This document shows, one piece after another, positions 8,598 to 18,833 of a stretch of DNA of 64,000 nt. The DNA comes from a virus. Within the stretch, counting starts at the first letter, position 1. Each line of letters begins with the position of its first letter. The notes beneath the pieces are model-generated. The model ran no database searches, was not told the DNA's origin, and worked only from the letters and a program-made list of their open reading frames with translations. The stretch lies in the IMG/VR virus record IMGVR_UViG_3300017917_000693, positions 7,143 to 71,142 of that record; one strand, 5' to 3'. Both the position numbers and the translations under genes were made by a program.

Positions 8598-9568
8598 AAA
8601 TATTACTCACTGGCGGTGCTGGTTTTATCGGGCACAATGTAACACGCATGTTGTCCGAACAGGGGCATCAATGTGTAGTCGTTGATTCTTTCACTACATA
8701 TAATTTTGTGCCAAAAGAAGAATTACAATACCTAACAGACAACAGACTAACAGAAACACGTATGGGTCGTGGCGTAGCAGTATATAATAACGATATCCGT
8801 GATACTGTTGTACTTCCTGATCTATTCAAAGAACATCAATTTGATACAGTCATCCATTTAGCAAGTTATCCTAGACAAAAAGTTGTTAGTGTTAACCCGT
8901 TATTAGCCAGTGATGTCATGAGCACTGGATTAATTAACCTGTTGGAATCTAGTCGCGAACACAATATTAAAAAGTTTGTCTACATTAGTTCTAGTATGGT
9001 CTACGGTGACTTTGACGCAGATGTTAGCGAATCAGCAGAATGTCGTCCTATTGGACAGTATGGCATTATGAAGTATATGGGCGAGAAACTAGTAGAAGAT
9101 TACAGTCGTCGGGGTTATTTCAAACATGTGATTATTCGTCCAAGTGCTGTCTATGGCGAGTGGGACGTAGAGGATCGTGTAGTCAGCAAGTTTATGACCA
9201 AAGCCATGCGAGGTGAGACTCTTAAGGTCAATGGTGCCAACGAGGTACTTGATTTTACCTACGTAGAAGATACTGCTCAGGGTATTGCGTTAGCCGCAAC
9301 AAATGACCAAGCTCACGGTGTCTACAATATCACACGTAGTGATAGTCGTATGTGGACATTAAAAGAAGCAGCTGAACTTGCTATTAATATAGCAGGACAA
9401 GGTACGTTAGAAATTGCTGATCGTGATCTTAGTTTTCCTAAACGTGGACGTTTAGATATTAGTCGGGCACAACAAGAACTAGGCTATAATCCAAAAGTAG
9501 GTGTAGAAGAAGGTTTCCGTAGGTATTATGAGTGGTACAATCAAAATCCCGTTCTTTGGCGTAGATAG
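8594..9568 (+). CDS. NAD-dependent nucleotide-sugar epimerase/dehydratase (extended SDR)
   Basis: TGGAGFIG, HLA, SSSMVYG, YGIMK (YxxxK) and DFTYVED. Confidence 0.92.
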   Translation: MKILLTGGAGFIGHNVTRMLSEQGHQCVVVDSFTTYNFVPKEELQYLTDNRLTETRMGRGVAVYNNDIRDTVVLPDLFKEHQFDTVIHLASYPRQKVVSVNPLLASDVMSTGLINLLESSREHNIKKFVYISSSMVYGDFDADVSESAECRPIGQYGIMKYMGEKLVEDYSRRGYFKHVIIRPSAVYGEWDVEDRVVSKFMTKAMRGETLKVNGANEVLDFTYVEDTAQGIALAATNDQAHGVYNITRSDSRMWTLKEAAELAINIAGQGTLEIADRDLSFPKRGRLDISRAQQELGYNPKVGVEEGFRRYYEWYNQNPVLWRR

Positions 9569-10634
9569 GCAGTACAGCAACATACGCGAAGAAATCTTAG
9601 ATGTCACTGACAGTGTCTATTCGTCTGGACAAGTCTTAGATGACATACAGACTAAAAACTTTGAATCTGTTGTTGCTAAATTAACAGAACGACGTCATGC
9701 TGTGGCAGTTAACAGTGGCACACAGGCACTTATATTTGCCCTGCGTTGTGTAGATTTTTACAGTATATTTTCTAAACACAAAGTACTTGTACCTACACAG
9801 AGTTTTGCCGCAACACTTAATGCTATTCTTGAAGCAGGATTTGATCCTGTATTCTGCGATGTTGATCCAATCACTGGACTAATGGACATAAACAGCATAC
9901 CTGTAGAACCAGATGAACTAGCCGCTGTACTATATGTAAACTTATTTGGCAACATCGTTGACTACGACAAGTTAATGACCTATCGAGAGTATTGGAACAC
10001 ACATAACATTCCTATCATCGAAGATGCCGCACAAAGTTTTGGCGCATACTATCGTGGTGTACCCAGTGGTAAGTTAGGTGACATCAGTTGTCTGAGTTTT
10101 GATCCCACCAAGAATTTAAACAACTATGGTTCGGGTGGTATGGTCTTAACCGATGATATCGACTTTGGTGAACTTATACGCAGTCTTCGTAACAATGGTA
10201 AAGCGCACGATCATGCCATGAGTGGTACTAACAGTCGTATGAGTGAAGCAGACTGTGCGCAGATGCTGATCAAATTAAAATATTTTAATGAATGGCAGGC
10301 ACGTAGAAGAACTATTGCTGAATACTACACAGAATCTTTAGATGGGTGTGTTGATCTAATACCCATTGACAGCAAAGTAGAACATGCCTGGAGTAAGTAC
10401 GTCATACATCATCGTGCTCGAAATGGTATTAGACATCACCTTAAAGAGCAGGGCATTGAATCGCGCATACACTACGAAGTACCCCTACACCTATTAGATT
10501 CTGCAGGTCCACAGGGTATTTTTGAAGGTGCTGAAGAATTTAGTATGAGTTGTTTAAGTTTGCCTATCTATCCAGAACTGACAGACAGCGAAGTTGAATA
10601 TATTGTTGACTCAGTTAAAGAGTATACTTTTTAG
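9528..10634 (+). CDS. DegT/DnrJ/EryC1/StrS PLP-dependent sugar aminotransferase
   Basis: VNSGTQAL, IIEDAAQSFG, SFDPTKNL (PLP lysine), GSGGM and LSLPIYP. Confidence 0.93.
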   Translation: MSGTIKIPFFGVDRQYSNIREEILDVTDSVYSSGQVLDDIQTKNFESVVAKLTERRHAVAVNSGTQALIFALRCVDFYSIFSKHKVLVPTQSFAATLNAILEAGFDPVFCDVDPITGLMDINSIPVEPDELAAVLYVNLFGNIVDYDKLMTYREYWNTHNIPIIEDAAQSFGAYYRGVPSGKLGDISCLSFDPTKNLNNYGSGGMVLTDDIDFGELIRSLRNNGKAHDHAMSGTNSRMSEADCAQMLIKLKYFNEWQARRRTIAEYYTESLDGCVDLIPIDSKVEHAWSKYVIHHRARNGIRHHLKEQGIESRIHYEVPLHLLDSAGPQGIFEGAEEFSMSCLSLPIYPELTDSEVEYIVDSVKEYTF

Positions 10635-13233
10635 CCCAGTATTCCTGTAACCACGCCCACTCAAAGCTCCGTAATAGCTCCGTGTAATCTCCGTTGACCA
10701 GCTTGTAATATTCCACAGCATCTTCTGCGCCACGGATACTCCACTCTGCATGTGTACCTTCTGCCTGAGTCAGCCATACTTTCAATCTGTGATTGCTTTC
10801 TACACTACCCGTCTTTTCAACATCGTCTTTGAGTTTTATAACTTCGCGGAAGGCAGTGCGCCATGTTAGTTCAGGTGTAGTATTATAATGTGCGGTAGCA
10901 CTTAACACAGGGACCACAGCATGTGGTTTGCTTAGAGTAAAGTCTAGGCCATGTTCATCTGTCTCAAGTACTAATCTCTTGTTATAGGCGATAACACCCA
11001 TGTGTCCATACTCAAGTCCGTTTACAGGATTCTTACTGTGGAAAATATAGTGCTTAGGTTCCTGTAGCATGTCAGGTTGCCAATCCCAATCGAACCCTGG
11101 ATCAACTTCTATCTTAGCAAACACAGCAAAGAACCAAGGCGTCTTACTTAGGTCAGCTGCTGCCTTATACGCGGCACTACGACCGTTAACATTGGCTACG
11201 CGATGTACTACTCTACGTGTTGGATCTATACAGTCCGTTAGATGTTTGTACCAACGCTCAGCATCAGGTTCGCCGTTACTAATGTAAACAATATCCAAAG
11301 GAGTATCTAAAATCATGAGTATTTTATCAACATACGGATAATCATAGGCTTGTGTATTAATGTAATTTTTCGCCTCTCTTGGCACTAAAACTGTGCTGTT
11401 TCTAGACGAAAACGACATGATTTTCTTGTCTTTTTCACCCCAAATGCTTGGGTTATACGTTATATCACGAATGTACTGTGTAAACCATGTATATGGATGT
11501 TTAAATTCGTGCTGTTTAATTGCGCTGATTAAGTCGTCACCGTCGTAGGTAACAAACGGCATAGGCAAGCGTGGTACACGCTGTTCTTCGCAGTAGTTAA
11601 TAACGTTAAACCAATCAAGCAAGTCTAGTTCAACCATTTGCTTCTTAAATGACTCTACATGTATATAGAATGTATCACCTCGAGTTTGATTGGCACTAGG
11701 GAATACATGTATCATTTCGCGTTGCCAAGGTTCAGGTTGCCATGAAAAATCAAAGCGTGTATAGTCGCATAAACTGCTGATAATCCATACGTATTCTGTT
11801 GTTGCGGTGCTCATAATGCGTTTAAAAGTATCCAGGTAGGTGTTGACATACCTAGTTGTTTTAATCTTAGGATAACGCTGTTTTGTGTGGGCTATAACGT
11901 CATTTAAATTACCATGATCTACGTAGTAAATATCATGCAAATCATCAGGTACATACACCTGCTGATCTTTAACAAAATTAAGGTTAGGAAACTGTTCTAA
12001 TCCTGATGCCCACGCACTGTTACGCTCAAATTCCCACTTGTTTATAAGGAAAGTATCTGACCATTTTTGCCATTGACTGCCAAATACATGTGTCATGTAA
12101 GTTTGCCAGGGCTGTGCGTGCCAACTAAAGTCAAAGTCATCGTAGATGTTTTCGCTAGAGATCACCCAAAATTTGGTGGTTTTTGTGCGTTGTAGACACC
12201 GTTTAATTGTGTCCATCATACTATTAGCATAGCGTATTTTCTGTATGTGCGGATACTTCTCCTGTAGTCGCTCAAAACGTTTACTACTACTGCTATTACT
12301 TTTGTCTACATAAAATATATCTAATACTTCTAGCACAGGTTTGTCATGTTGCCCAACTATTGGTATAGGGCCAGCAAACTTAATTTCTGTAGCGCCGGGT
12401 ACAGTATAGGTTAATCCTACACTCTGCTGAAACTCTGTACCAAAATGATAGATGTAAGGTGGATCCTGTGGGTGTGGTACCCAACTAAAATCTACAGTGT
12501 TGGCATTTACTTCTTCAGGCACGGTCCAGTGTGTTTGATCAGGTAAGGTCTTGGCTACTAGGACATCAATGAATTTTTCTTTGGTTGCGCCAGGCACATG
12601 ATATTCTGGTCCTCCTACAGGATTCCATACTGTAGGGAATTTATATATGTAAGGTTCTTCTGCTGGATGTGGCACCCAACTAAAATCAAAACTTTCTTGA
12701 TCTATATTGTCAGGTACTACCCAGCGACTCATATCACTGCGAGTGCTGGCGTAAAAATAATCTACATATTTGATTTCTGTAGCACCTGGCACGCGATATT
12801 CGGGGCCGCCGATACGTTCCCAACCCCACTTGACAGGAAATTGATAGATGTAAGGTGGATCCTCAGGATCGGGTGCCCAGGTACAGTCGATGCTGTCAGG
12901 ATCTATGTTATCAGGAATATACCAATAGTCTGGATTAGGCATGCGGTGGGCATACATATCATTGTGATAGTTGTATACTTTTTGATCCACAGTCCACTTG
13001 TTAGCCAAATAAACTCTGCCATCTTGTTGCCATTGATTAGGCCAAGTGTGTATGTGATGCGCTTCCCATGGAACAGGACGATAGTTAAAGTTAAACTGCT
13101 GGTAATCATTTTGCCCATCAATATACCAAAACCAGCGTGTGCGACTTTGATCTGCCGCATCAGCTAAACTAGTTGCTGGTTGTTCGTATGGAAACAGTCC
13201 TGGTTTAGGACCTTGATAGAATACATCAAACAT
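10615..13233 (-). CDS. 872-aa multi-module glycosyltransferase-like protein
   Basis: The C-terminal domain (DIVYISNGEP...VNGRSAAYKAAA...NPVNGLEYG...WRTAFRE) is clearly paralogous to 25204..26097. It also has several internal repeats. Confidence 0.65.
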   Translation of the reverse strand: MFDVFYQGPKPGLFPYEQPATSLADAADQSRTRWFWYIDGQNDYQQFNFNYRPVPWEAHHIHTWPNQWQQDGRVYLANKWTVDQKVYNYHNDMYAHRMPNPDYWYIPDNIDPDSIDCTWAPDPEDPPYIYQFPVKWGWERIGGPEYRVPGATEIKYVDYFYASTRSDMSRWVVPDNIDQESFDFSWVPHPAEEPYIYKFPTVWNPVGGPEYHVPGATKEKFIDVLVAKTLPDQTHWTVPEEVNANTVDFSWVPHPQDPPYIYHFGTEFQQSVGLTYTVPGATEIKFAGPIPIVGQHDKPVLEVLDIFYVDKSNSSSSKRFERLQEKYPHIQKIRYANSMMDTIKRCLQRTKTTKFWVISSENIYDDFDFSWHAQPWQTYMTHVFGSQWQKWSDTFLINKWEFERNSAWASGLEQFPNLNFVKDQQVYVPDDLHDIYYVDHGNLNDVIAHTKQRYPKIKTTRYVNTYLDTFKRIMSTATTEYVWIISSLCDYTRFDFSWQPEPWQREMIHVFPSANQTRGDTFYIHVESFKKQMVELDLLDWFNVINYCEEQRVPRLPMPFVTYDGDDLISAIKQHEFKHPYTWFTQYIRDITYNPSIWGEKDKKIMSFSSRNSTVLVPREAKNYINTQAYDYPYVDKILMILDTPLDIVYISNGEPDAERWYKHLTDCIDPTRRVVHRVANVNGRSAAYKAAADLSKTPWFFAVFAKIEVDPGFDWDWQPDMLQEPKHYIFHSKNPVNGLEYGHMGVIAYNKRLVLETDEHGLDFTLSKPHAVVPVLSATAHYNTTPELTWRTAFREVIKLKDDVEKTGSVESNHRLKVWLTQAEGTHAEWSIRGAEDAVEYYKLVNGDYTELLRSFEWAWLQEYWAKKYTL

Positions 13234-13723
13234 CTAATCGTTCGACTTGGATTCCGGAATCACGAAGAAACCTAATCCCACTGTCATCCCTATAATCAGT
13301 TGCGTAGAAGACATGCTTAATACCTGACTGATAAATGATTTTGGCACAATCGAGGCAAGGACTATGTGTAACAAATAGAGTTGCGCCGAGACCAGACTCA
13401 CTGCTCCTAGCGAGTTTCGCAATAGCGTTCGTTTCTGCATGTAATACCTCTGGTTTAGTTTTTAATCTATATCTGCCAGTACTGTCTACGTCTGGCCACT
13501 GTTTTTCAATTTCATCAGGGTCTAGCCAGCCGCCTGCATCTGCGTTCATGTACTCTATATATTCACAGTTGTTATCCCAGCCGCTGGGCATACCATTATA
13601 CCCAATACTAATAATTCTATCGTCTTTAACTACAATAGCACCGACTTTTAATCTACGTGCATGACTTAGGTTAGCGTAGATGTGTGCGGCCTGCATGTGT
13701 GCCTGTTGATATTTAGGTTTCAT
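13226..13723 (-). CDS. dCMP deaminase
   Basis: KVGA, ISIGYNG, HAETNA and PCLDC zinc motifs. Start set at ATG 13723 (ATGA overlap, GAGG RBS). Confidence 0.93.
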   Translation of the reverse strand: MKPKYQQAHMQAAHIYANLSHARRLKVGAIVVKDDRIISIGYNGMPSGWDNNCEYIEYMNADAGGWLDPDEIEKQWPDVDSTGRYRLKTKPEVLHAETNAIAKLARSSESGLGATLFVTHSPCLDCAKIIYQSGIKHVFYATDYRDDSGIRFLRDSGIQVERLDV

Positions 13724-14154
13724 TCCTCTAATATCCATATTAAGTCGGCAATCATTGCGCAGGTTTTTTCAAAATCGTCAAACGATTGTACATGAAAGTA
13801 AGGTCTTTCCGTTGGAGGCTCAAACAGTGCATTAGTATCTGCATAAGAACTTTCTTTGATAGTGTCTAACCAAACTAGCACTGTGGGGTCAAATATTTCT
13901 CTGAACTCTGCTGTTGGGCATACAAAATTACAAATTGGTACAATACTGTTATACTCGGCCGCGGTAGCTAGGTCACGCATACGTTCAGCTTGACGACGTC
14001 GACCTTCTAGTGAAAAATCAAAATCTTGCAGTTGTTCTCTTACAACATCTGCATCAAAAATTTCCACTGCCATATTTTTAGATACTTCTTTGGTTAACAT
14101 TTCAGCAAAGGTAGTTTTACCACTACCTGGCAATCCCATAATTAATATTCTCAT
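13720..14154 (-). CDS. adenylylsulfate-kinase-like (CysC-like) P-loop kinase, short form
   Basis: GLPGSGKTT, DADVVR, DFSLEGRRRQ, FVCPT and FEPP motifs. Confidence 0.75.
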   Translation of the reverse strand: MRILIMGLPGSGKTTFAEMLTKEVSKNMAVEIFDADVVREQLQDFDFSLEGRRRQAERMRDLATAAEYNSIVPICNFVCPTAEFREIFDPTVLVWLDTIKESSYADTNALFEPPTERPYFHVQSFDDFEKTCAMIADLIWILEE

Positions 14155-15647
14155 GAAAAAACTCGTACTCCATATAACTGTTCAAAGCGGTCAGCATCTG
14201 CGCGATCATTGACCATTGGCTCACCTCTGATGTTCAGACTTGTGTTTAGTAACATAGGACAACCTGTCCATACATACCACTGCTCTAAGAGTTCTCTAAT
14301 TCCCGATCCATTTCTAGGTACTGTCTGAACGCGACTGGTACTGTCAACATGACAAATAGCAGGGAACTTAGCAGGCTGCTTGCATCTAGCGACAACCTGC
14401 ATGTATGGGCTGTTATCCCAGCCGACAGGCATGTCAAAATATTCATGTACAAGTTCCTCAAGAATAACTGGAGCGAATGGTCGAAACTGTTGTCTACGTT
14501 TGATTTCATTTACCTTAGCCTTAATATCTGCTCCTCTAGGATCTGCTAATAAACTCCGATTACCAAGGGCTCGCGGCCCGAACTCCGCTCGTCCGCTCGC
14601 CACGCCACAGATTTTACTTGTGGCTAGCTCGCTAAGAATATCCTTAACAGGATAACTACCAGTAATATTGTGCCCAAGATAACTATCACGCCAGGCCAGT
14701 CGTCCTCCATAAACCAACGCAGCGGCACCAAGGCTACTGCCAGCATCACCAGGACAAGGCATAATCCATATACTATTAAAATATTCACCGAGTATTCTAT
14801 TGGCCACACAGTTAAGTGCAACCCCTCCCATATAAACTAAATTACGACTCTTTCCTAGATCCTGAGCTTTTCTTATTATACTGGCTATTAGATCTTCTGT
14901 CAACTCTTGTACATGATAGGCCATGTTTACATTGTCAGCAGGATAGGCAACTTCCTTGGGCACACCCAAATGAAAGTTATGTTTGAATGTTATATCGCGT
15001 TCACTCTCTAACACAGTACTACGTAGTCTGATGTCAGCGATGCTGTCATATTTGCCCCAGCCGGCCATGCCCATTAAGATGTATTCTTCGTCTAAGGGTT
15101 TTAGTCCTGCCTGTTGTGTAAAGGCACTGTACATTAGTCCTATGCTGTGTGGATAGCGTTGACTCCAAAGTTTCTTGTATCTTGCTCCGCCGCCACTGCC
15201 ATCATAGTATGCTGACCAAATACTAGCAGTGTCCCACTCACCGATAGCATCAATTACCACAACCGTAGCCTCAGTGTAAGGACTTGTTTGGAAACCTGCG
15301 GCGGCATGGCTTAGGTGATGATTGTAATACTTTATAGGTAGAGTGTGTAGTCCTGCTCGGGGAGCAAGATTTAATAATTGTCTGCGTAGATCATGAGACT
15401 TAAACACTTCACCGTACTGGCCAGCATATAGCTGTCGGGTACGCTTTAGCCAAGGTTTTTCATAGTAGGCCATACTATCAAAATGCCCAGCGTGAGCTAG
15501 TGCATCTTGTATTAATCCAGGGTGCAGTTCACTATCATGTTTGCATTTACTATAACGTTCGCTGTGTCCGGCAAATACTATTTTGCCATCACAGATGGCT
15601 GTTACAGCTGCATCATGGAAACCACTCGAAACGCCTAATATATTCAT
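14151..15647 (-). CDS. carbamoyltransferase, NodU/CmcH/TobZ family
   Basis: HDAA, ERYS.CKH, HHLSHAA, DAIGE, GGVALNC, GDAG, EFGPRALGNRS, FRPFAP and LNTSLN..GEP. Confidence 0.95.
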   Translation of the reverse strand: MNILGVSSGFHDAAVTAICDGKIVFAGHSERYSKCKHDSELHPGLIQDALAHAGHFDSMAYYEKPWLKRTRQLYAGQYGEVFKSHDLRRQLLNLAPRAGLHTLPIKYYNHHLSHAAAGFQTSPYTEATVVVIDAIGEWDTASIWSAYYDGSGGGARYKKLWSQRYPHSIGLMYSAFTQQAGLKPLDEEYILMGMAGWGKYDSIADIRLRSTVLESERDITFKHNFHLGVPKEVAYPADNVNMAYHVQELTEDLIASIIRKAQDLGKSRNLVYMGGVALNCVANRILGEYFNSIWIMPCPGDAGSSLGAAALVYGGRLAWRDSYLGHNITGSYPVKDILSELATSKICGVASGRAEFGPRALGNRSLLADPRGADIKAKVNEIKRRQQFRPFAPVILEELVHEYFDMPVGWDNSPYMQVVARCKQPAKFPAICHVDSTSRVQTVPRNGSGIRELLEQWYVWTGCPMLLNTSLNIRGEPMVNDRADADRFEQLYGVRVFS

Positions 15648-16290
15648 AGATTTTCTCAGCTACTACTTTATGCCCTTGCTCAAGGAAATGTCCCCCAGGG
15701 CCAATGGGTAATCCTTTGGTCCAGGTTACCATTGCTTCGTCATACCACCCAATAAAATATTTAGAATTTACTTCTTTAAAAAGATGTCGATGATAATGTC
15801 GAATACTACAGTTCCAGTGTTCGGTTTGATGTGTTTGTACCATTAAATATCTTTGATCTTGCGTTTTGAAAAAAGATTGTAACAGTATTACATCTCGCAA
15901 CCATTGACCATAATACCAAGCATCTATCAGTTCAGTGTTCTGTGCAGTTGCTAGCCACTTTAACGGAATACTGCGTTCATCTCTATGAGACATTCTTTCG
16001 GTATTTTTCTCGGCCCAGATGTCAAAAATACCATGGTCATCAGCTAATTCAATACGTTTTGGGTTAGTCCAGGCTACAATTATCAATTCAGGTTGATGTT
16101 GTAGTGTAACATCAATAGCTCGTTTGACAATTCTGGTATTACCCACACCACCGCGACCCAGGTTGTTAACTTTAACATTTAATTTTTGTTCTAATAATGC
16201 AGGCCATGCGTCAGGGCAATAATAGTTATGACTAACATAACTGCTTAGTTCATCACCAGCAGTAAAACTATCACCGATGCAGTAAATCAT
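15613..16290 (-). CDS. SGNH/GDSL hydrolase-like protein
   Basis: Block I GDSFTAG, block II NLGRGG.GN, and a C-terminal GGHF (His) motif. Confidence 0.75.
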   Translation of the reverse strand: MIYCIGDSFTAGDELSSYVSHNYYCPDAWPALLEQKLNVKVNNLGRGGVGNTRIVKRAIDVTLQHQPELIIVAWTNPKRIELADDHGIFDIWAEKNTERMSHRDERSIPLKWLATAQNTELIDAWYYGQWLRDVILLQSFFKTQDQRYLMVQTHQTEHWNCSIRHYHRHLFKEVNSKYFIGWYDEAMVTWTKGLPIGPGGHFLEQGHKVVAEKIYEYIRRFEWFP

Positions 16291-16388
16291 TTGTAGATAA
16301 ATGGATCTCGTTTACGCAATTCTTTTAATTTTTTACGGTATCTAATTTCCATTTTAATTCTTGCGTATATACTTTTTAACCAGTTCAT
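16287..16388 (-). CDS. 33-aa basic peptide ending DPFIYK (not in the ORF track)
   Basis: MNWLKSIYARIKMEIRYRKKLKELRKRDPFIYK; AAGGA RBS; its stop overlaps the SGNH start (ATGA). Confidence 0.7.
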   Translation of the reverse strand: MNWLKSIYARIKMEIRYRKKLKELRKRDPFIYK

Positions 16389-16390
16389 TT

Positions 16391-17563
16391 TTATTCCTTA
16401 CTACTGTGATCATATCCAGGTCGCATCATATCTATTTGTTGTTGTTTGTAATCAGGATCACTCCAACAATAGTCAAATACTCCGGTAACATCGTCAACTG
16501 TAATCTTATAGATATCAAGATGCGTACTTAATATTTCCCAAATTTTAAACATATCTTCTGTGCCAAAACTTGATTTTAAATCAACACGACCTACTGGAAG
16601 ATATCCCAGACTTAGTTCTGGATTATTTGGGTCCAATTTATTTTTAACTAGCCACTCGTTAAACTCTTGAGCAAATTTTGTAACCCAGGGATAGTTATCA
16701 GCCAGAGTTACAGACTTAGCCCATTCAATATCAAACTCACCTGAGTAGTATTTGAGATGTGTAATTGCTTCGCAGACTGTATCAGTTAAATCCGGAGCAC
16801 CTTCATCTCGGAACACTTCTATTAGAGTTTTTCCTATCTGAGCCCAGTGCATGTATACATGGCCGAATCTGCGATCGTATCCATTTTCTAAAAACAATTT
16901 TTTATGTTCTGCTGTTAGTTCATAACGATCAGCATGTAAAAACGTTGTAATTTGACTAGGACGCACCCACTCAGGAGTACTTGCCTGTTTGCGTTGACTT
17001 AGTATTAAACTTTCCATTTCATGGCAGATTGTATTCAACTGTCGTATTGCCCATTTAGTTTCGTAATCGGCCACTCGATAATACGGACTTAGTGAATCTA
17101 CTGTGCCTTGTAATCGTTCAAAGTGATTATGTAGTTGATTTAATATACCATGCTTTGCGTATAAACCTATGTTGGTTCTACGTGTACCATCTACTGTACC
17201 TGGTTTTAATTGTGTACCTTCAACAGGATATGTTGCTGGAAAACGCACTGCATTTGGATGGAACCATTCCTCAATAATATAATTTTCTAATCCGTGTTGA
17301 GTAAAATCAAAATTATTAATTACTGTTACGCTTTTGTTTAGCTCTTCACATAGATAATCTAAAGTTCTAGCCGAGTCTGGGAAACCCATAAAACAAAAGT
17401 TTTTTTCTAATAGATTACCCGACTCTAATAATTTTTTAAGAGCTACGACCCAGTCTTGTGCTAGCTGGTGTTTGTCAGGAATAATATAATAATTAATTTG
17501 ATCAGTATAGTCTAACGGATTCCGTAGAGTAACTGTGATTTTAGATTGATTGGTACCATTCAT
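16391..17563 (-). CDS. hypothetical protein within the radical SAM operon
   Basis: Long ORF (start at ATG 17563 or GTG 17581). It has LH.HFE and LN..CHE.E His/Glu motifs but no family I recognise. Confidence 0.7.
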   Translation of the reverse strand: MNGTNQSKITVTLRNPLDYTDQINYYIIPDKHQLAQDWVVALKKLLESGNLLEKNFCFMGFPDSARTLDYLCEELNKSVTVINNFDFTQHGLENYIIEEWFHPNAVRFPATYPVEGTQLKPGTVDGTRRTNIGLYAKHGILNQLHNHFERLQGTVDSLSPYYRVADYETKWAIRQLNTICHEMESLILSQRKQASTPEWVRPSQITTFLHADRYELTAEHKKLFLENGYDRRFGHVYMHWAQIGKTLIEVFRDEGAPDLTDTVCEAITHLKYYSGEFDIEWAKSVTLADNYPWVTKFAQEFNEWLVKNKLDPNNPELSLGYLPVGRVDLKSSFGTEDMFKIWEILSTHLDIYKITVDDVTGVFDYCWSDPDYKQQQIDMMRPGYDHSSKE

Positions 17564-18833
17564 ACGCTTGAGGACGCTCACTTAATATATCTGCTAATGT
17601 ATACTTATCGTTGCGTATCTGCTCTAGTTGTAGAATGCGATTTTTGCCTTTCACAAGAGCAGTCTGCCATTCATTAGGCCACTGCTCCTGAAATGTAGGG
17701 CGTGTCTTTAGTTGCTCTAGTATGTCCCTAAGCGAGCTGTTAGATGGCAAGCTACCCAATATTTCGTCTACCCAGGGATGTAGTATATCCCGAGGTAGGG
17801 CCAAAGGCGACATAATTATATCTGGTGAGAAACTAAAGACAACTTTAGCCAGTACGTCTACTTCCAGCTCTTGAGCAAGCTGGGCAATTCTTGTGACTTC
17901 AAACATACCTGGTAGGGTGAGCGTGAAGTCAATGCGCATCTGACGTCGGTGACTTGCGATTTCAACTCCCTGACGGAAGTTCTCAAGCCATGAATTGTAA
18001 TCAAGTCCTGTTCTAATATATTCACCAATTGCTCCTGTTCCATCGAGACTGGCGCAGATTTGCCAATCACGTAAGTGACGTAAAATATCGTTATAAAGAT
18101 TGGTACCGCGATAGTTAACGCGGCTAAGATTAGTGTTGTACCTTGCGTAGACATTTGGTCCATCTCCTAGTTCAACAATACGCTGCATATAGCGCCAATG
18201 TTGCTCATACATCAGGGGCTCTCCACCTACCCAATATACTTCTTCTACTCGATGTTCTTCTACCGCTTGAGCAAATTCGGCTTCAATTTGATTTTCTTGA
18301 AACTGTTCAATTTGTTTTTTGATTTCAGGACGCATCCAATTATTTTTTGGATTGTGCCAATTGATCATGTTATGTTGACGCTGTTCTGACTCCCATGCGC
18401 TAGATAACATATCTCCACACATGCGACATTTGAAATTACATAGATTACTGAAACGATAGTCCCAACTTACTGGCTGTACTGTAGTTGATCCATCTGGTGC
18501 AGTGTTCTCTAATACATACTCATACTTATGTCCAAAGAGACTGTTAAAATAACTACGGTAAACTGATGTGTTGAGTAATTTATCATTACATACTTCACAC
18601 TCAGATAAAGTTTCTCCTGCCATCATACGTCTGCGCACACTACGCATATGATCGCTGTTCCAATGTTCTTCAAGCGTAATTGGTATGTACTTGCCTGTGC
18701 CACTTGCTGTATCTATATACTGTTCAAAGTTCTGAGCAGGTTCACGACTAGCACAGCACATTCTGCGCTCAGTCTGAGGGCTTAGGTATGTGTGTACCCA
18801 AGGCGCCATGCAAAATGTCGCAGGTCTACTCAT
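17541..18833 (-). CDS. radical SAM enzyme with N-terminal twitch/SPASM-like domain
   Basis: CNFKCRMC, VGGEP and NTN motifs; N-terminal FCMAPW...CC...WNS...C..C. Confidence 0.9.
   Translation of the reverse strand: MSRPATFCMAPWVHTYLSPQTERRMCCASREPAQNFEQYIDTASGTGKYIPITLEEHWNSDHMRSVRRRMMAGETLSECEVCNDKLLNTSVYRSYFNSLFGHKYEYVLENTAPDGSTTVQPVSWDYRFSNLCNFKCRMCGDMLSSAWESEQRQHNMINWHNPKNNWMRPEIKKQIEQFQENQIEAEFAQAVEEHRVEEVYWVGGEPLMYEQHWRYMQRIVELGDGPNVYARYNTNLSRVNYRGTNLYNDILRHLRDWQICASLDGTGAIGEYIRTGLDYNSWLENFRQGVEIASHRRQMRIDFTLTLPGMFEVTRIAQLAQELEVDVLAKVVFSFSPDIIMSPLALPRDILHPWVDEILGSLPSNSSLRDILEQLKTRPTFQEQWPNEWQTALVKGKNRILQLEQIRNDKYTLADILSERPQAYEWYQSI

Noticed and set aside
10615-10634. 20-bp convergent 3' overlap of the DegT gene and the 872-aa gene as antisense regulation
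   Set aside because: Short convergent overlaps are common in compact phage genomes, and there is no additional signal.
13720-16388. Saxitoxin or antibiotic biosynthetic gene cluster
   Set aside because: No scaffold-forming enzymes (PKS, amidinotransferase, NRPS) are present, only generic tailoring families.
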